From Amoebophrya sp. A120 (taxonomy: Eukaryota > Protista > Dinoflagellata), in contig CAJINV010000007.1 of the NCBI GenBank assembly GCA_905178155.1, positions 3,800,265 to 3,864,264 of the forward strand: a DNA stretch of 64,000 nucleotides, in the 5' to 3' direction. The translations under genes were made by a program, and so were the position numbers. The notes below the pieces were generated by a model. The model was not told the origin of the DNA. It worked only from the letters and a program-made list of their open reading frames with translations, and did not search any database. Below, one piece after another: positions 61,549 to 64,000 of this stretch. Position 1 is the stretch's first letter; each line of letters starts with the position of its first letter.

Positions 61549-63982
61549 ATGGATGTTGACATGGGGGGCGGCGACGGCACCCCTACGGCCACCACCGTCG
61601 GCATAGCCGTCGCGGGAGCGGCGCATGCAGCGGCCGGGCAACAACAGCCCGGGGGTTCCCCAACCTCCCCGACGGCAAGGCAGCAACAGCGTCCCAAGGC
61701 CACCAAAGCTGCCGCCGAGGAGCACCAACAGCTGTCGCTCGTCAGGAAAGTTATGACCTGCTCAAACGTTACACTCTCAATCTCAAACGTTACAATAGGC
61801 TCTGGATTTTGTATTGCATGACGAGCATGACAGACTCGCAATCGCAGAGGCAGAGCGTTCCGCTTTCTGCAATACAAATTTTGCTAGATTCCGCGCAATG
61901 CTATGGGAGTAGGGGTAGGCCAGACCTAGAACATGCACTTCTTGCATCACAGATTTCCATATTCTAAAGTGAAATGCTTGACAAGATTGTAGTAGCGGCT
62001 GAGCAAGTTATAAGAGTCCAGGTAAGCTTCGAGACCGTCCGGCAGCAGGCGCAGCAAAAGGGGGTCGACGTGCCCAGGCAGCTGAAGGACCTGGGGTACA
62101 ACCGCTTCGAGGACTTTATCCTGAGTTGCGAGCAGTTCACCTGGACCTGCGACCCGATGGCGCTGGCGGAGCTCGGGCCCGGGATGGTGCTGTACTTCGA
62201 TTTTCTGAAGTATCTGATGTCCCTGGCCGCTTTTTTTTTCGTATGTTACCTCCCCGCGATGTTTGCCGTGGTCAAGGGGCAGGACGACCGAGAATTGGAG
62301 TTGAAATCCTGGGTGGTATCCCCTGTAAAATCCTCTTCGCCTGCTCGCCCAGCTGTTCGACGTAGTTGTTCCAGTGGTCTTTAATACCACGACTCGTGGT
62401 AAAGATAGGAAACCTAGTACTTGTGTGCGTGTCGTGTTCAAGACCTGGTCCTGGTGGTGCATTTCCATTTATTACGCTCATAGGCAACATGTGTATCATC
62501 CTCGTCGTGTGGAGGGTCTTGTCTTTCTCACCACATGCTTAAGTACACATGTGGTTCGGCTTATGGCACAGCCGAGGGAGGAGGAGGTCAAGAAGAGGAC
62601 TCTTTTACATTGCATACCAGATTGATTCCTTGACAGTGCCTGCCAGTGTGAATCCCCAGGGCGCGGGAGCCGTATTTACGTGGCTAATAAACAACAGCCC
62701 CGCGGTGGTTCCGTCTTACTACTTCGCCATTGGCAACACAGGCAAGGGCGTGCTGAACGACAACTGGGTGATTGTTTTGTACTTGGTTTCTCTCTTCTTC
62801 GGGGCCATCTCGGTCGGACCCTACTCCGTCCGCCAAGAGAGAATCGACCAGGAGTTATGCAGTTCTCAAACGTTACATTCTCAACTGTTACACGAATTTG
62901 TGATGCAAAAACAGCAAAAGTGAAATGGGGAAGATTGCGCCTCTTGCAGTACAGGTTTGGCACAGATTTAGATACTGTTTAGCCCTTTGGAAATTTGTCA
63001 TGCGAAGCAGCTTGATGGTGTAGATGATGATGAGCGTTTTGCATGGCAAATTATGTAACAGCTGAGAATGTAACGCTTGAGAACGCCATAGGAGTGCGAC
63101 CTCGCCTCGGTGTACCCCAACGACTATGGTTTGTTCATCCGGAATCTGCCGCGGGACGAGTGCGAAGAGAGCAAAATCAAGGAATATTTTGAGCAGAACG
63201 CGCTACCGGGCGATCGCAACAACCGCTGCGAGGTCGTCAAGGTCATCATTGCCTGGGACAGTACGAACCACAAAATTCGAAGCCACTGAACCGTCCACCT
63301 AGAGGTCAGAGGAGCATCAAAACGCATGACAGCTACTTGATTTCGGCGAAGATTCGAACTTCAATATTTGTCATGCTGGTAGTTGACGTAGTGAAGGAAG
63401 AGGAATATGCAAAAGCCGTTTGTTTTTTATATCATGCATCGGCCGCATGAAGAATTTGATTTTCCATCTACCTGTGCGGTAAAACGAATTTTTCTCTGGA
63501 CACAAATCACCATGTTCAAGCAGTACAGCGACAAGCAAGCCCAGCTGGGTAAGCAGTACTTTACCTTGTTGCAAAAAGGCGCGGAAAAGGACGACCCCAA
63601 AGTGCTCGAGGTAAAAACGCAGTTTGAAGAGGTTACTAAGGAGCTAAAATCGCTGAAAGCCGGACAGAATCTGCAGGGATCCGGGTGCGCGATCGTGGTG
63701 TTGAAGCACCAGAAGGACCACCGGGCGGCGCTGGACAAGTGGGAGAGGTCCATATGGCTGAAGATGGTGCACGGGCTGAGTGAGTCGTTTCCGGTGTGTG
63801 CCTGTTTGGAGGGGTTTGTGGCCTATATGATGGGCACCCCCTTGTACAAAAACTCCGCCGGGGAGGGGCACCTGTTGAAGGTGACGCGGGCTCCGAACCC
63901 GTCGGACGTAAATTGGCAGGACCTGGGACGAGGTAACTGCGAGTCCTTGCTCCAGCGGTGGCAGCTGTATTCCGTGATGGGG
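61549..63982 (+). CDS. OSCA/TMEM63 (CSC1-like) cation channel, 3'-partial; exons approx. 61549..61751, 62018..62312, 62621..62855, 63096..63260, ~63500..63982
   Basis: LGPGMVLYFDFLKYL, NDYGLFIRNLP, GSGCAIVVL, LKVTRAPNPSDVNWQDLG. Two introners removed in frame. The acceptor of intron 4 is unresolved. Confidence 0.8.
61752..62012. mobile_element. Introner-like intron, family B copy 1
   Basis: TIR TATGACCTGCTCA / TGAGCAAGTTATA. TSD AAAGT/AGAGT. Subterminal CTCAAACGTTACA repeats shared with 62856..63090. Removing 266 nt gives VRKV|QVSFE. Confidence 0.8.
62856..63090. mobile_element. Introner-like intron, family B copy 2
   Basis: About 37-bp imperfect TIR (TATGCAGTTCTCAAACGTTACATTCTCAACTGTTACA / TGTAACAGCTGAGAATGTAACGCTTGAGAACGCCATA). 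Perfect TSD GGAGT. Removing 240 nt gives IDQEC|DLASVYPNDY. Confidence 0.9.
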
Positions 63983-64000
63983 GTATAGTCTTTCGCTTTT

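Noticed and set aside
1-64000. tRNA, rRNA, CRISPR arrays, prokaryotic operons
   Set aside because: None recognised by eye. Small ncRNAs cannot be excluded without a covariance search.

Overview
Eukaryotic, intron-containing DNA in the standard code, with about 12 host genes all on the + strand. The single-strand gene array, long Ser/Thr/Ala-rich protein inserts and non-canonical introns bounded by inverted and direct repeats suggest a syndinian dinoflagellate such as Amoebophrya (inference, not a database result). Genes: ZNFX1-like SF1 helicase with NF-X1 fingers and a C-terminal ParB-like domain; secreted thioredoxin-fold protein; ARL1; a 95-aa 4-exon membrane protein missing from the ORF track; a large single-TM protein; a coiled-coil protein; a ~3770-aa PTEN-C2-FH2 formin; F-box-like, MepB-like and GGCT/AIG2-like proteins; a helical-repeat + RsmC-type methyltransferase; a DnaJ protein; and a partial OSCA/TMEM63 channel. 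Five introns are TAT...ATA elements with (sometimes degenerate) 5-bp target duplications whose removal restores the reading frame. A minus-strand Copia-like LTR element (22665-28193) has near-identical LTRs, a decayed pol and one intact orphan ORF. Its primer-binding site does not look like a tRNA 3' end. It is complementary to the element's own LTR and, further out, to the dinoflagellate spliced-leader 3' end, a candidate SL-assisted self-priming system. All motif calls are by eye.
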